Assembly (NCBI GenBank): GCA_963717505.1
Contig: OY970342.1
Location: 3,712,001-3,776,000, forward strand
Reading direction: 5' to 3'
Origin: Candidatus Eiseniibacteriota bacterium
GTDB lineage: Bacteria > Eisenbacteria > RBG-16-71-46
DNA: 64,000 nt
Part shown: positions 19,134 to 31,000 of the stretch, in pieces
How positions within the stretch are numbered: the first letter of the stretch is position 1
Layout: each line of letters begins with the position of its first letter
Notes under the pieces: generated by a model
The model's input: the letters and a program-made list of their open reading frames with translations, nothing else
The model's database searches: none
What the model was told of the DNA's origin: nothing
Made by a program: the position numbers and the translations under genes

Positions 19134-20519
19134 TCAGGCGACGGGCAGGATCAGCGAGAAGCTGCTGCCGCGACCGGGCGCCGAGTCGACCAGCAGCTGG
19201 CCGTCGAGTCGTTCGGCCAGCCGGCGGGCGGTGGCCAGCCCCATGCCCAGACCCCCGACCTTGCGGGTCGCCGAGTTGTCGGCCTGGCGGAACGGCTTGA
19301 ACAATTCGGAGAGGTGGGACGCCGCGATTCCCGGTCCGTTGTCGACCACCCGCCACGCGACCACCCGGCGTCCGTCCCGCTCGGCCTCGGTCACCCGCAG
19401 CTCGATCCGGGTTTCCGGAGGCGTGAACTTGATGGCGTTGTCGAGCAGCGCATCGAGCACCTGGAAGATGCGCAGGCGATCCGAGTGGACCAATGCGCGA
19501 CCGGTGTCGACCGACAGGTGGAAGTTCGGGTGCGACTCGACGACGTGCGGATGCCGGCTCTCGTAGTACTCGGTCGCCAGGCTCCGCGGATCGAGTTCCA
19601 TGACGTCCAGATCCATGGAGCCGTCGAGCGTCGAAGCGAAGTCGAGCAACGTCTGCACCATGTCGCGCAGCTTGGTCGCCTGTTCCATCACGCCGGTCAC
19701 GAAGCGCTGGCGCGAGGGGTCCGGGTCGGGCTCCTGCAACAGACAGTCGACGCACCCGATGATGATCGCGAGCGGTGTCCGCAGCTCGTGATTCACGGTC
19801 TGGAGGAACTCGGACTTGACCCGGTCCATCTCGCGCAGTTCGGTGTTGGCGCGTTCGAGGTCCTGATTGTGCTGCTCGAGGCTGGCGTACAGCCGGCGGT
19901 TTTCGATCGCGACCGCGACCATGCCCAGCGATGCGTTGAGCACATCGAGATCGAAGTCGGTGAAGTCGGCGCCGGCGGCGCGGCGGCCGAGCCCGACGAA
20001 GCCGCGGATGCGGGTGCCGGCCATCAGCGGGGCGAGCAAGGCGACGCCGCTGTGGTGCGCGAGATCGACCGCGGCCGGCTCGATCAGGGAACGGGCTTCG
20101 CCGATCCGCATGGGCGCTCGCAGGCGCGGCCGGTCGCCATGGAGCAGCGGCGAGAGCGCAGTGCCGAGGACGGTGGCGATTTCGGGTCGCACCCCGTGGC
20201 AGCGCACGACGTCGAGCCCGCTGGGCGGACCGCCGGCCTCGAGCCACATCACGGCTTGGGCGGTACCCAGGTGCCCCATGAGGTTGAACAGGACCAGGTC
20301 GGCGATGCCGCGGGCATCGAGCACGACCGACAACTCGCGGCTCAGCTCGAACAACGAGAGCAGGCTGTGCTCGCGCATCGCGACCAGCCGCAATTCCGGC
20401 GTGGATTCGCGCGATCGAAGCAGCGGCACCGGGCCCGTGAGCGAACCGCGTTCGGAACTACCCGCGGGCCCCTCGGGATCGGGCGGAATCGCCCCGGCAG
20501 GTCGCGCGGCTTCGGACAC
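19134..20519 (-). CDS. Soluble GAF-domain histidine kinase
   Basis: GAF-like region (LLAPL...GFVGLG...FTDFDLDVL...VAIENRRLY), coiled coil, NHELRTP H-box, LLDNAIKF, DNGPG, GLGMGL; no TM segment; starts 1 nt after the STAS stop. Confidence 0.9.
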   Translation of the reverse strand: MSEAARPAGAIPPDPEGPAGSSERGSLTGPVPLLRSRESTPELRLVAMREHSLLSLFELSRELSVVLDARGIADLVLFNLMGHLGTAQAVMWLEAGGPPSGLDVVRCHGVRPEIATVLGTALSPLLHGDRPRLRAPMRIGEARSLIEPAAVDLAHHSGVALLAPLMAGTRIRGFVGLGRRAAGADFTDFDLDVLNASLGMVAVAIENRRLYASLEQHNQDLERANTELREMDRVKSEFLQTVNHELRTPLAIIIGCVDCLLQEPDPDPSRQRFVTGVMEQATKLRDMVQTLLDFASTLDGSMDLDVMELDPRSLATEYYESRHPHVVESHPNFHLSVDTGRALVHSDRLRIFQVLDALLDNAIKFTPPETRIELRVTEAERDGRRVVAWRVVDNGPGIAASHLSELFKPFRQADNSATRKVGGLGMGLATARRLAERLDGQLLVDSAPGRGSSFSLILPVA

Positions 20520-20520
20520 C

Positions 20521-20871
20521 CTAGGCGGCGTGCTCCCGCGCCGCGTCGGCCTCGGAATCGTAGAGGGCGAGGAATTCCTGCAGGTTCAACAGTTCGACTG
20601 CCTCGCGCACCGTCTGTGACGGCGCCGCCAGGCGCAGACTCGCGCCCCGCTCGCGGAACTCCTCGGTGAGCGCGAGCAGCGATCCGATGCCCGAGGAGGA
20701 GAGAAACGTCACGCCCTCGAGATTGAGGATCAGGGGACGGCCGCGCTCGCGAACCGGCACACATTGCTCGATGAGCAACGGGGAAGTGCGCGCGTCCAGT
20801 CGTCCAATGACGCGGAGAACGTCCATGCCCCCGGGCTCCTGGGCAACCTCGAACGATACGTGTTCACTCAT
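20521..20871 (-). CDS. STAS-domain anti-sigma factor antagonist (RsbV/SpoIIAA-like)
   Basis: 116 aa; GRLDA...LILNLEGVTFLSSSGIGSLL with phospho-acceptor Ser motif. Confidence 0.92.
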   Translation of the reverse strand: MSEHVSFEVAQEPGGMDVLRVIGRLDARTSPLLIEQCVPVRERGRPLILNLEGVTFLSSSGIGSLLALTEEFRERGASLRLAAPSQTVREAVELLNLQEFLALYDSEADAAREHAA

Positions 20872-23047
20872 GGCGTTCCTCCGGGACGTCGCCCATCCGC
20901 GTCGGGTCGAATACGAGTCGGGTCAGGTTCCCTTCGGACGTGCCCGGGTGATAGGAGATCTCGCTCAGGATCCTGCGGATCAGGTCGAGGCCGATGCCGC
21001 GCCCCTTGCGGCGCACCCGCGGATCGTTGAAGTCGAGCAGCGGCCGGTGCGGCGGCTTGAAAACCTTGCCGCGGTCGTGGATCAGCAGGTAGCCGTTGCG
21101 CACCCGATCGGCGAGTTTGGGTCCGGCGTCACCCGGAGCGGCGACCCACCACAGATCGAAGGAGCGTCCCGGCGCGAGGCCGTAGCCGTGCTCCACGATG
21201 TTGGCCGACAGTTCGTAGAGCGCGCTTTCGAGCAATCGCAGCGCCCGCGGGTTGAGCTGGCCGAGGTCGGTGCAGTTCTCGAGCCAGCCGCGAATCATCA
21301 CCAGATCCTCGAGTCGCGCCGTCAGGGTCAGCGACTGTCCGGTGCTCCGCGCTTCGGCCAGCCACGCGAGCGGCTCGGTCGCGACGGTCTCGGGCGGACT
21401 TGCCTGGGGCTCGCGCACCGGATCGGCCGAGGCGGTCAGCTCGCGGGCGATCACCAGAACGGTTTCGTCGTCCTGCGGCGTCTCGGTTCCCGTCCACTCC
21501 GAGACCGCGACCGCCAGCGCATCGATGACCGCCTTGGGTCCCCGGGAAGAACTGCGTTGGACGACCGCGGCGATTCGATCGAAGCCAAACTGCTCTCCCG
21601 TCTCACGATGCGCCGCTTCGCTGAAGCCATCCGTGAAGTGGACCGCGACGTCACCCGGCGCCAGGTCCACGGTCTCGTCGCTGAGCATGCGCTTGAGCGC
21701 GCCGGTCCGGACCGCTCCGATCGGAACCGCGCGAGCCCGATGCCACTCGGGGACCCGCTGCGCCGCGCGATAGATCAGCATGGGCGTGTGTCCCGCCGAG
21801 GCGAAGACCAGCCGGCCGGTCGCCGGATCGAGCACGCCGTAGAACATGGTGACGAACCCACCGCGCGACAGAGACTGGACCAGCGTTTCCTCCAGGGCGA
21901 TCAGGAGCTGGGCGGGCGACACATAAGCGTGCCGCAGCGCGCGCAGCAGCGCCGACAACATCGACATCACCAGACAGCCCGCGAGACCCTTGCCGGAAAC
22001 ATCCGCGATCGTGATTCCGATCCTGCCCTTAGACAGGGTCAGCAGGTCGAAGTAGTCGCCGCCGACTTCGGTCGCTGCGCGCTGAGCGCCTTCGAGCTCG
22101 AACCCGCCGGCGACCATGCGGCCCTGAGGCAGCAGCGAGCGCTGGATGCTCCGCGCCAGCTCGACCTCGCGCGCGAGACGTTCCTTTTCCACGGTCTCCT
22201 GCTGCGCCACTTTGAGCCGGGCGGCCATGCGGTTCACGGTATCGGCGAGCATCCCGAGCTCGGTGGGGTCGCGCGCGTCGATCGGGGTTTCGAGGTCGCC
22301 GCGCCCTATGCGTTCCAGGCCCTGACGCAGCACCGCGATCGGTCGCAACAGGAGCGACATGAGACCAAAGGTGAGCACGATGCCGAAGACCAGCACCGCG
22401 AGCAGCAGCAGAGACTGTTCCCGACGCGAGTCCGCGAGCGCCGAATCGAGATAGCTGCGCTGGATGCCGACCAACGTCGTGCCGATGCGGCCGCCCGAAG
22501 GCGGCTCGACCGGGGCCTGCGCCAGGAGCAGCGTGCGATTCTCGAGCAGCTCCTCCCCTTGGCGCAGCGTCACCTCGGAGCTGGCCGGTCGCAGATCGAG
22601 CGGCCAGACATATTCCACGCCGAGCTGGCGCGCGTCGGGGTGCCCCTGCACGACGCCCTTGTGGTCGAGCACGACCACGATCGGCAGCTCCTTGCGGGTG
22701 GCGGCGATCTCGCGGGCCATCGGATGGAGCGTGAGTTCGGGGAACTCGCCGAGCAGTGCTCCAGCGCTGGCCGTGGCCAGCGTGCGCGCCTCGAGCAGGA
22801 GCCGTGCGTGGAGCTCGCGTACCAGGGTGGTGCGTGCGTTTCGTTCCGAGATCACCGCCGCGCCGGTGACCGCGACCGTGAGCAGTGCTGCGGCGAGCAG
22901 CGGAGCCACGAGTCGCAGGCTGACCACCGGCCGGCGCGGGGCCGGCGGCTCGACCACGCGTGCGGACCGCGCCGGCGGCCGGTTGCCGGGGCGAACCGGT
23001 GTCGGCTCTTCGCGAAGCGCGGGCGCTGATCCGGGACGAGGCGTCAT
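20864..23047 (-). CDS. Membrane HAMP + SpoIIE/PP2C phosphatase + RsbW-like HATPase kinase fusion
   Basis: Two TMs, HAMP, ARSIQRSLLP, EVGGDYFD, IADVSGKG, SAGH, FTDGFSEA, DDET; then ELSANIVEHGY...DRG...GRGIGLDLIRRI anti-sigma kinase boxes. Confidence 0.92.
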   Translation of the reverse strand: MTPRPGSAPALREEPTPVRPGNRPPARSARVVEPPAPRRPVVSLRLVAPLLAAALLTVAVTGAAVISERNARTTLVRELHARLLLEARTLATASAGALLGEFPELTLHPMAREIAATRKELPIVVVLDHKGVVQGHPDARQLGVEYVWPLDLRPASSEVTLRQGEELLENRTLLLAQAPVEPPSGGRIGTTLVGIQRSYLDSALADSRREQSLLLLAVLVFGIVLTFGLMSLLLRPIAVLRQGLERIGRGDLETPIDARDPTELGMLADTVNRMAARLKVAQQETVEKERLAREVELARSIQRSLLPQGRMVAGGFELEGAQRAATEVGGDYFDLLTLSKGRIGITIADVSGKGLAGCLVMSMLSALLRALRHAYVSPAQLLIALEETLVQSLSRGGFVTMFYGVLDPATGRLVFASAGHTPMLIYRAAQRVPEWHRARAVPIGAVRTGALKRMLSDETVDLAPGDVAVHFTDGFSEAAHRETGEQFGFDRIAAVVQRSSSRGPKAVIDALAVAVSEWTGTETPQDDETVLVIARELTASADPVREPQASPPETVATEPLAWLAEARSTGQSLTLTARLEDLVMIRGWLENCTDLGQLNPRALRLLESALYELSANIVEHGYGLAPGRSFDLWWVAAPGDAGPKLADRVRNGYLLIHDRGKVFKPPHRPLLDFNDPRVRRKGRGIGLDLIRRILSEISYHPGTSEGNLTRLVFDPTRMGDVPEERHE

Positions 23048-25023
23048 CGCGACCCGATCTCCCGGCTCCGGGCCAGATGCTCCTGCGCGCGCGACAGGTA
23101 GGCGCGCGCGCGTTCGTCACGCGGATCCATGCGCAAGGCGTTCTCCCACTGCCGTACTGCTTCCGTGAGATTCCCGGCCGCGAACGATTCCATGCCGCGA
23201 GCCAGGTACTCCTGTTTGAGACTCTGGCGCACGTTCTGGTAGTCGGGCGCCTTCTCCCACACCAGCTCCCAATAGCGAATCGCGACGTCCGTGTTGCCGG
23301 CCTGCATCGCCGTCAGACCCCGCTGGTAGAGCTCAGCCACTTCGCGTCGCTCGGCGCCGGTCAGCGCTCGGGCGGGCGCCGGCGGCGGAACCGAGGGCTC
23401 AGAGCCGGTTCCTGCGGCCGCGCGTTTGAGCGCAGCCTCGGCGGCGACCAGGCCGGCCGCGCGTGGGTCCAGCGCTCGCGCCCGCTCGAGATCCCGCCGC
23501 GCCTCGTCCAGCGCACCGGCAGCCAGGTCGCGGCGCGCATCGCCGATCAACGCCTCGGCGCGACGAGTGATGGCATCCTGGGTGCGCACGAGCATGGCAC
23601 GGGCTTCCTCGTCCTGCGGATGGACCGCGAGCAGCGCTTCGAAGCTGGAGCGCGCTTCCTCGAGTCGGCCGGCGGTGAATGCGTTCAGGCCCGCCTCGAA
23701 GCGCGACCTCAGCTCCGCGGATCGCGCCGCGCGACGATTGCTCTCGGTCCGGCAGCGCTCGAGCCCAGCGACCGAGATCGAATCGCCTGGAGCCACCTGC
23801 AGCGCGCGCGAATAGGTCACCGCGGCTTCGGAGAACTCTCCGGCGCTTTGCTGCGCCTGCGCCATCGCGCGCAGACTGCGGGCCTCGAGGTTCATGCCTT
23901 GGGGATGCCCCGGATCGAGTGCGCGCAGCAGGGTTGCGCGCTCGACCGCCAGCACCGGATCGCCGGCGCCGAGTGCGGCCTCGACCTCCGCGGCCAGCGC
24001 CCGGGTTCGTTCGCGCTGCCTCGCCTCGAAGGTCTCGGTCAGCCGCGTCTGCATCTCGGCTTCGCGCTCCGCCAGATAGTTGTCTCGTGCCTGTTCGACG
24101 GAGGGACCGAACTGAAACGTCAGGCCGAAACGATGGACCGGAGCCAGCGCCTGATTCTCGAACGCGTACTCGAACTCGGTCGGCCCGACCTGGATCCCGG
24201 AGCCGGCGGTGAGCGTCGATCCGGAGACTCCGATGCGCAGGTCGAACACCGGGTGCGGGCTCAACTCGAGCCCGGCGTGGACCCGCGACGAGCGACCTTC
24301 GACGCTCTCGACGTCGAATGCGATCAGGGCGGCGCCGGTGGCCCGGAACCCGTGACGCAGCGCGAGCCCCAGGCGCGCGATACGCGGATCGGCGACTTCC
24401 TCGCGATCGAGCACCATCGCGGGCGGCAGCAGGTTGGCGAGCGCGAAGCCGAAGGTCAGGTCGCGCATCCAGGCCGGGCTGGTGCTCGCCAGGGCCGCCG
24501 GCCGAATCATCATCCCGAGATCGGCGCCGACGCCGTTGGCGGCCCGGCCACCCAGCTCCTGGCGACGGATCTTCGCGACCGCGCCGAGGCTGATCGCGTC
24601 GCCGACCATGCGCCCGTAGCCGAGTGCCACTTCCGATTCGAGGCTCTCGAGATCTCCGGTCGGCAGGTTGCGCTCGTCGCGACCTTCGATCCCGCCGATT
24701 CCGAACTGCCGATAGGTCGCGGCCAGGCCACCCCACCGCCAGCTCGGCAGTACGACGCCCGCATACGATTCGCGGAAGTCGAGCTCGTCGGGCGACGACT
24801 GCGTCAGCTGGAACTGGGCGCGCGACGCGATCCCGAGCCCACCGGGGTTCCACATCCAGCCCCCCGCGTCGTTCGCGACCGCGGTGTAGGCGCTGCCGAG
24901 CGCCAATGCGCGATTGCCGGCGCCGACTGAGAACACCGAGGTGGTGCCGGCATCGTCGGCGGCATGGGCGACTCCGGCGAGCGCGACCCACAACATCAGG
25001 ACCCCGACCAGGCGGCGGCTCAT
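23044..25023 (-). CDS. PorV/PorQ-like outer-membrane barrel fused to C-terminal TPR repeats
   Basis: ATG 25023 overlaps the upstream stop (ATGA); signal peptide; GAGNRALALGSAYTAVANDAGGWMWNPGGL FadL/PorV-type N-terminal motif; amphipathic strands ending HRFGLTFQFG; helical TPR-like C-terminus. Confidence 0.85.
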   Translation of the reverse strand: MSRRLVGVLMLWVALAGVAHAADDAGTTSVFSVGAGNRALALGSAYTAVANDAGGWMWNPGGLGIASRAQFQLTQSSPDELDFRESYAGVVLPSWRWGGLAATYRQFGIGGIEGRDERNLPTGDLESLESEVALGYGRMVGDAISLGAVAKIRRQELGGRAANGVGADLGMMIRPAALASTSPAWMRDLTFGFALANLLPPAMVLDREEVADPRIARLGLALRHGFRATGAALIAFDVESVEGRSSRVHAGLELSPHPVFDLRIGVSGSTLTAGSGIQVGPTEFEYAFENQALAPVHRFGLTFQFGPSVEQARDNYLAEREAEMQTRLTETFEARQRERTRALAAEVEAALGAGDPVLAVERATLLRALDPGHPQGMNLEARSLRAMAQAQQSAGEFSEAAVTYSRALQVAPGDSISVAGLERCRTESNRRAARSAELRSRFEAGLNAFTAGRLEEARSSFEALLAVHPQDEEARAMLVRTQDAITRRAEALIGDARRDLAAGALDEARRDLERARALDPRAAGLVAAEAALKRAAAGTGSEPSVPPPAPARALTGAERREVAELYQRGLTAMQAGNTDVAIRYWELVWEKAPDYQNVRQSLKQEYLARGMESFAAGNLTEAVRQWENALRMDPRDERARAYLSRAQEHLARSREIGSR

Positions 25024-28000
25024 CGCACCACCATCACTTTCCGCAGCAGGCGTTCGCTGGTGCCGTCGTCGAGCCGCGCGACCAGTTCGGCCACATAGAC
25101 GCCGTTGGTGACCACGGCGCCCCGCCCGTTGCGACCGTCCCATGCCAGGTCCTGGTGGAGTCCCGAGGACAACGAGGCGTTTTCGAGCAGGCGCGCGACC
25201 CGTTCGCCGCGCGGAGTCCAGATTGTCAGGTCCACATGCCCCGAGGCCGGCAGGTAGAACACGAACGACGTGGCCGATCGACCGGCCGCGAACGGGTTGG
25301 GGAAGTTGCCGTAGCTCGCGGCCAGCGTGCCGCCGGAATAGCTGGCGAGATCGGTCCACTCGGGGAACGCTCGACCGCTCACCGGCACGACCGCGACCGT
25401 GAGCAATGCGCTCGATGGCTGCACCACTCCGACCCCCGCGGCGTCGAGCGACAGTCGGAAGCTTCCGGGCGCACCCGCGGCCCGGGTCGTCATCCGGATC
25501 TCGAGCGTCACGGGAACGCCGGGATCGAGATCCAATGGAGTAGCCGCGACCAGCGACACTCCCGCCGAGTCCGCAGTCAGCGGCGCGCTCGATGCCCACA
25601 ACACTCCCCCGTTGTAGGCCTCGATCGCCGAAGCGAAGGCACCCACCGCCTGCGGCGCGAAGTCGCCGTCGCCGCCACCGAAGCGCAGAGATTGGACGGC
25701 GATGGTTCCGGAGCCGGGCACTGCGGCATTGGTCAGCGCCACTCGCGCGAGCACGACCGTGCTGCCGTCCGCGGGCAGCACCGCCGGAACCAGACTCTGC
25801 AGATCCGCCACCAAGGTCCGCGCCGGCGGCTCGAGTCGGGCGAGCCCCGAGCTGAGCGGGAGACTGGCTCCGTTCTCCGCGGTCGGGATCAGCGGCTGGC
25901 CGGAGTTGTCATCGACCGCCACGATCCCGCTGGCGGGCAGCATCAGCTCGAGGAAACCAAGGGGCGCGGTCGGCTCGAGGTCCAGCTCGACCGCCATCGA
26001 GTCGAGGGCGCCGGCGAGAAGGATCCACCCGCCGAGATCGACCGGGATGCCGCCGGTCGCCGGCGGATCGCTGACGCTCGCGATCACGCTCCCGTTCCAG
26101 CGGATGCGCAGCACGTCGATGTAGGTCGACGGCGGCAGGGGGGCGCGCGCGGCGTCCTGAACCTCGAACACCAGCCGGTCGAAGCGCACCGGCGCGGTGC
26201 CCGCGCTCCCGGGATGGCGCCAGCGCGCGGTGAACGCCATGAGCCCGGGCCGGCCGACCGAGACCACCGGCGGGAAGGCCGGCGATCCCGCCACGCGCAG
26301 GCCGCTCGCCGGCTGCTGGATCGTGACGGTCGGGCCGACGAGCGGATCGACCGCGAGTCGGACCGTGACGCGCTCGCCGGTGTTGGCGTCGCGCGCATCG
26401 ACCGCGGCGGTGTCGCGGATCACGAGTCGGAACGAACCGGGAACCGCCGCAGGGGCGATCTCGGCGAGGAAGTTCAGGTCGAGCGGCGCGTTCAACGGCA
26501 CCGTGACCATGGGCGAGAAAACGAGCGTGACAACGCTGTCTTCGGCCGAGGTCACCGACCGGTCGGCCACAGCCCCAAAGGGTCCTTCGACGCGCAGGCG
26601 CGAGAGCCAGGCGTCGGGTGCTGCGACGGTTTGTCCGGCGTCGTCGACCAGGACCACGTCGAGGCCGCCGAGCCGCACGTCCGATGTCAGGCCCACGATT
26701 CCGGGATTCTCGAGGCGCAGGCGCAGGACAGGCGCTCGCGTCAGGCCCGGGCTCGAGCGCACCGAGGCGGTGTCCGCCGAGGCCAGGCGCAGTTCACTGG
26801 CGGCCGAGACGATGCGCGCAAGACCGGTGCGGATGGGATAACTCTGGTCGCGCAGCTGGACGTCGACCGGCGCTCCGCTGGTCGCGTCCTCGGCGCTGAA
26901 ATTCGTACTGTCGTCGACGATCATGCGGAAGCTGGGCACGATCGCCCCCGGCGCGACATCGAACCGCAACCCGAGGGTGACGGGCTGGTCCTGGAGCACC
27001 GTGACCGGATTCGCGAACGTCAGGTCCATGACGCTGCCCGTGGTCTCGAGATTGGTGCGCGACAGGTAGACGTCGGAACCTTCCTGAACCACCACGCGGG
27101 CGATCACGTCTGCCGGAACAACGCCGCCGCCGGCGCCCGACTCCAACCGCACCCGCAGCCCCCTGAACCGCACAGCTGAGGAAGCTAGATCGCTCTCGTT
27201 GCTCAAGGTCAGCGTCAGCGGCACGACGTCGGACTGACCCTGATTGACCGTGAACGGCATCGACTGAATCGCGAAGCAGGCGAGGCTCTCGGCCTGAACG
27301 TAGACGTGGTGCAGACCCGATTGCACGTTGAGCGCGCGTCGCAAGAGGCCGCTGGTCGCGCCGGTGCCCGCGGCGTTGCCGCTCCAACGTACGTTGCCCG
27401 GGATCGCGGACTGATAGCTCCAGCTGAAGGTCGTGGTCTGCCCTGGGTCGAGGTCGGCGGCGGCCGGCACCGGACCGGTGAGGTAGGTGGAGGCCCCATC
27501 GCCGGCCATGGCCAGAACCGACGGCGACAGTCCGTTGATCCGCTCGGAGCCGATGTTGCGCACTTGCATCTGCACGGTGACCAGCGCGCCGACCGTGGTG
27601 GCATCGCGGTCGAGCATCAGCGTCGCGAGCAGCGGCGCGCTGCTGAGCAACAACGGCTCGGGATTCGACACCGAGCCATCGAGCGGACCTTGGTTCCCCG
27701 ATTCGGTGACGATGCCGTTCACCGGAATCTCGAGTTTCAGGGTGGCCGAGTCCGCGGGCGATCCCGACACCGTTACGCCGACGAACAGGCGCGCCCCGAC
27801 CCCGTTCATCGGTTCTGCGAGCAGCGGGCTCTGCCAGACGCCGGCGAGCGGCGTCAGCGGCCCCAGATCGAGATCCCCAACCGGCTCGAACAGGCCGTCG
27901 CCGTCATCGCGCCACAGTCGCAGCTCGGCGACGTCGGACGGCGTCGCGGTCCCGGAGTTCACGAAGCGCACCCCGCGCAGGACGTCGTTGGCGTAGCCGT

Positions 28001-31000
28001 TGCGCGGGATCACGATGTCGAGCGCGCGCACCGGCCCGTCCCCCGGACCCAGGGTGACGCCGGGCGCACCGAGGTTGGTCACCTGCTCGGCGATCATGCC
28101 GTCCACCGCCCAGCGCGAGCGGGAGGTCACCGGGAAGGTCGCGGCCACCGAACTCAACGAGTCGAAGCTGATGTCGGCGGCGTTCGCGAGGTATGCCGAC
28201 AAGCTGTCTCCGTCGGCCGCGCCGGTCGGTGAGGCGTCGCCGGTGACGAACAGGACGCGGGCATTCCCGGCGGGAAGGTTCCAGGCGACGCCAGTGAACA
28301 CCGCCCGGCCACCGCTGAACGACGAGGTGGCGAGCAATGGATCGGTCGCCAGGTCGCCCAGCACGCCGTCGCCGTTGCCATCGGCGCGCAGCTCGACGCG
28401 GCGGAACTCGCCGTCGCGCTCGGCGACCGAGCCGGGACCCACCGTGCGGTTGGTCACGGTCAATCCGGTGAGGGCTCGATCGAACAGGTAGGTGTTGCCG
28501 ACCACCAACTCGAGCAACCGAACGTCGAGTGCGTTCGGCCACACTGCGCTGGGCGCCAGGGGCCGCCCCGACAAGGTGATCCGATCCTGAGCGCTGGTCA
28601 TCTGGTCGAACGGGTTCTCGACCTGAGCGTCGACCGGCCCGCTGTTGCCACTGGACATGCCCACGCCGAGATCGGTGGCACTCGGCAAAGCGAGGCGGAT
28701 GGTTCGTCCCTCGGCCGCGGTGGCGGCGACATCGACGGTGACGAACATCACGGCTCCGCCGGCGCCGACCGGGTGCGCGAGCCCGGTGATCTCCCAGCGG
28801 TTGCCGGTGAAGTACAGCGTTCCGAGACGGGTGTCGTTCGCTGCAGCGAACGTGCCGTCGCCGTCGTCCGACCAAAGCTCGACCGCGTCGAGATCATCGA
28901 CGGGCGTGGCGGTTCCGAGGTTGACGACGTTGAGCCGGACCAGCACGTCGGCCGCATAGCCGTTCTGCGGAAGGCGGAACGCAAGAGCGAGTCGGCGGCG
29001 AGCGCCGATCGGCAGGTTCGCGGCCGCGACCGGCATCAGGCCGATCTGGGCCGCGGACATGCCGTCGACCGCGAAGGTTCCCGGCGGGTCAATCGGCCAG
29101 TTCGCGTCGATCGGGGCGGTCCCGACCACCGCCGCCAGGTCGGCGATGCGCAGGTCGAGCAGGTCGCCATCGCGGGCCGCGAGCGAGGCCCCCGCGTGAA
29201 CGCCGAACGCGATCGTCTCTCCGGCGTCGAGCACGACCTCCAGTCCGGTGAACGCCGCGGTGCCCGAGGTGAAGCTGCCACTGGCCACCTGTTGCGCGGG
29301 AACTCCCCCACCCCGCTGGACGATCAATGCGAGCGGGGTCCAGTCCTGGTCCAGCTCGGCCGGACTGCCGGGCCCAGCCGCTCGATTCTCGAGTTGCAGC
29401 GCGGTCAGCGTTTCCGGCTCGGCCGACGGATTGCGAATCTGGAGGTTCAGGACCTCCTGGCTGCCGGCTCCTGGAATCAATGACTGCGGAAGCTGGCTCG
29501 CCGACGTGATGACGATGGCGTCGGGGGGCGGAATGACGGTGATGCGCGCCGTGTCGCTGAATGCGCCGAGCTGGGCGATCACGAAGCCGAAGCCGACTCC
29601 GGTCGCGGTGAATCGACCGGCGCCGTCGACCGTTCCAATGCCGCCTTCGACCCGCCAGCCCGGAGCGACGTTCAGCGGATTGCCGAAGTCGTCGCGGCCA
29701 CTGGCGCTCAGTTGCACCGTGTCTCCGAGCGCGACCGTCGCGTTGGCGGGCGACACGGTCAGGTCGGCGAGCGGTCCGGGAACCACGCGCACCCGCCACG
29801 AGTCACCGTCGGCGGCGCCATTGGCATCGCCTTCGGTCGCGACCTGTTCCGGCGTGCCCGGGGTCGAGGAGTCGTCGAAGAACACCGTCAGCTCGGACCC
29901 CGCCGTGTCCGCGACGGTCGGCACCGAGACCCCGAACACGACCATGATGCGCTCGGGGACGGCCACCGGGTCGAAGTTGATCATCATGCTGTTTGGGCCG
30001 CTGTTGTCCACGAACGGCGGCTCGACGGTGCCGACCCGGAATTGAAGGATCGCCGGTGTGCCGTAGCCGGCCGGCAGCGGAATCCGGATTCGGTTGATGC
30101 CGGTGTTGCCCAGGGCGAACACCGGTTCCAGGTAGACGACGAAGGGCTGGGCGCTGGTCCCCGCGCTGACCGTGGGTGGCAGGATTTCGGCGGTCGCCGA
30201 TTGCGCGGCGACCGTGGACACCACGGTCGCGGTCATCGGCAGGATCACGTCGACCGGCGGTCCGCTCCCCGGATCGTGCAGTCGCACGTCCAATGCTCCG
30301 CGGTACTGCTGCGGGGGAAGCCCGGTGGGAATCCGCGTCCACAGGGTGAGGCCGTACGACTGGGGCGTTTCCGCGAGGTTCGGCGGAACCGAATCGACCA
30401 CGGTGGTGAACGCCGTTCGGAGCAGGCCCGAGTCGCCGGTCGAGGCCCGCCAGGTGACGAGATCCTGAGGTGCGCCGACCGGAAACACGTCCGGCGTTTG
30501 CACGCCGATCATGTCCTGGCCCTGGAGGCGCAACCGGCTCCACTCGTTGCTCTGGACCCCCACGACGATCGTGCCCGAGGCGGGGTCCGCGAGCGGCAGC
30601 GGCATCGGTCCCGGCTCGCCCGGCGCGAAGTGTGCGGCGGTGTCGGCGACGACCAGCACGAACGACGGTTCCATGTCCTGGTTGGCAACCACGGCGTCGA
30701 TCGGAAGCGATTCGAGGGCGGTATTAACGCGTACGCGCAGGTTCCACTCGCCACTCGACGAGGCGCGCGCGATCTGTCCGGGGGCGATCGCGAACGTCAG
30801 GCCGTGCACCGAGGTGTCGTTGGGGATCGTGTCGGGCGAGCAGAGCGCCGGGTCGATCCGCCATGACGATCCCGCCGGCTCCTCGAGCGCCCATGCGTGC
30901 TGCGGAGCGCGAGTGAAGCGGTACACGCCACGGAATGCGGGGCCCGACGGTCCCGAGGCCAGGTCTCCGTACTGCAGCCTCACCTCGACGTCGGTGATGT

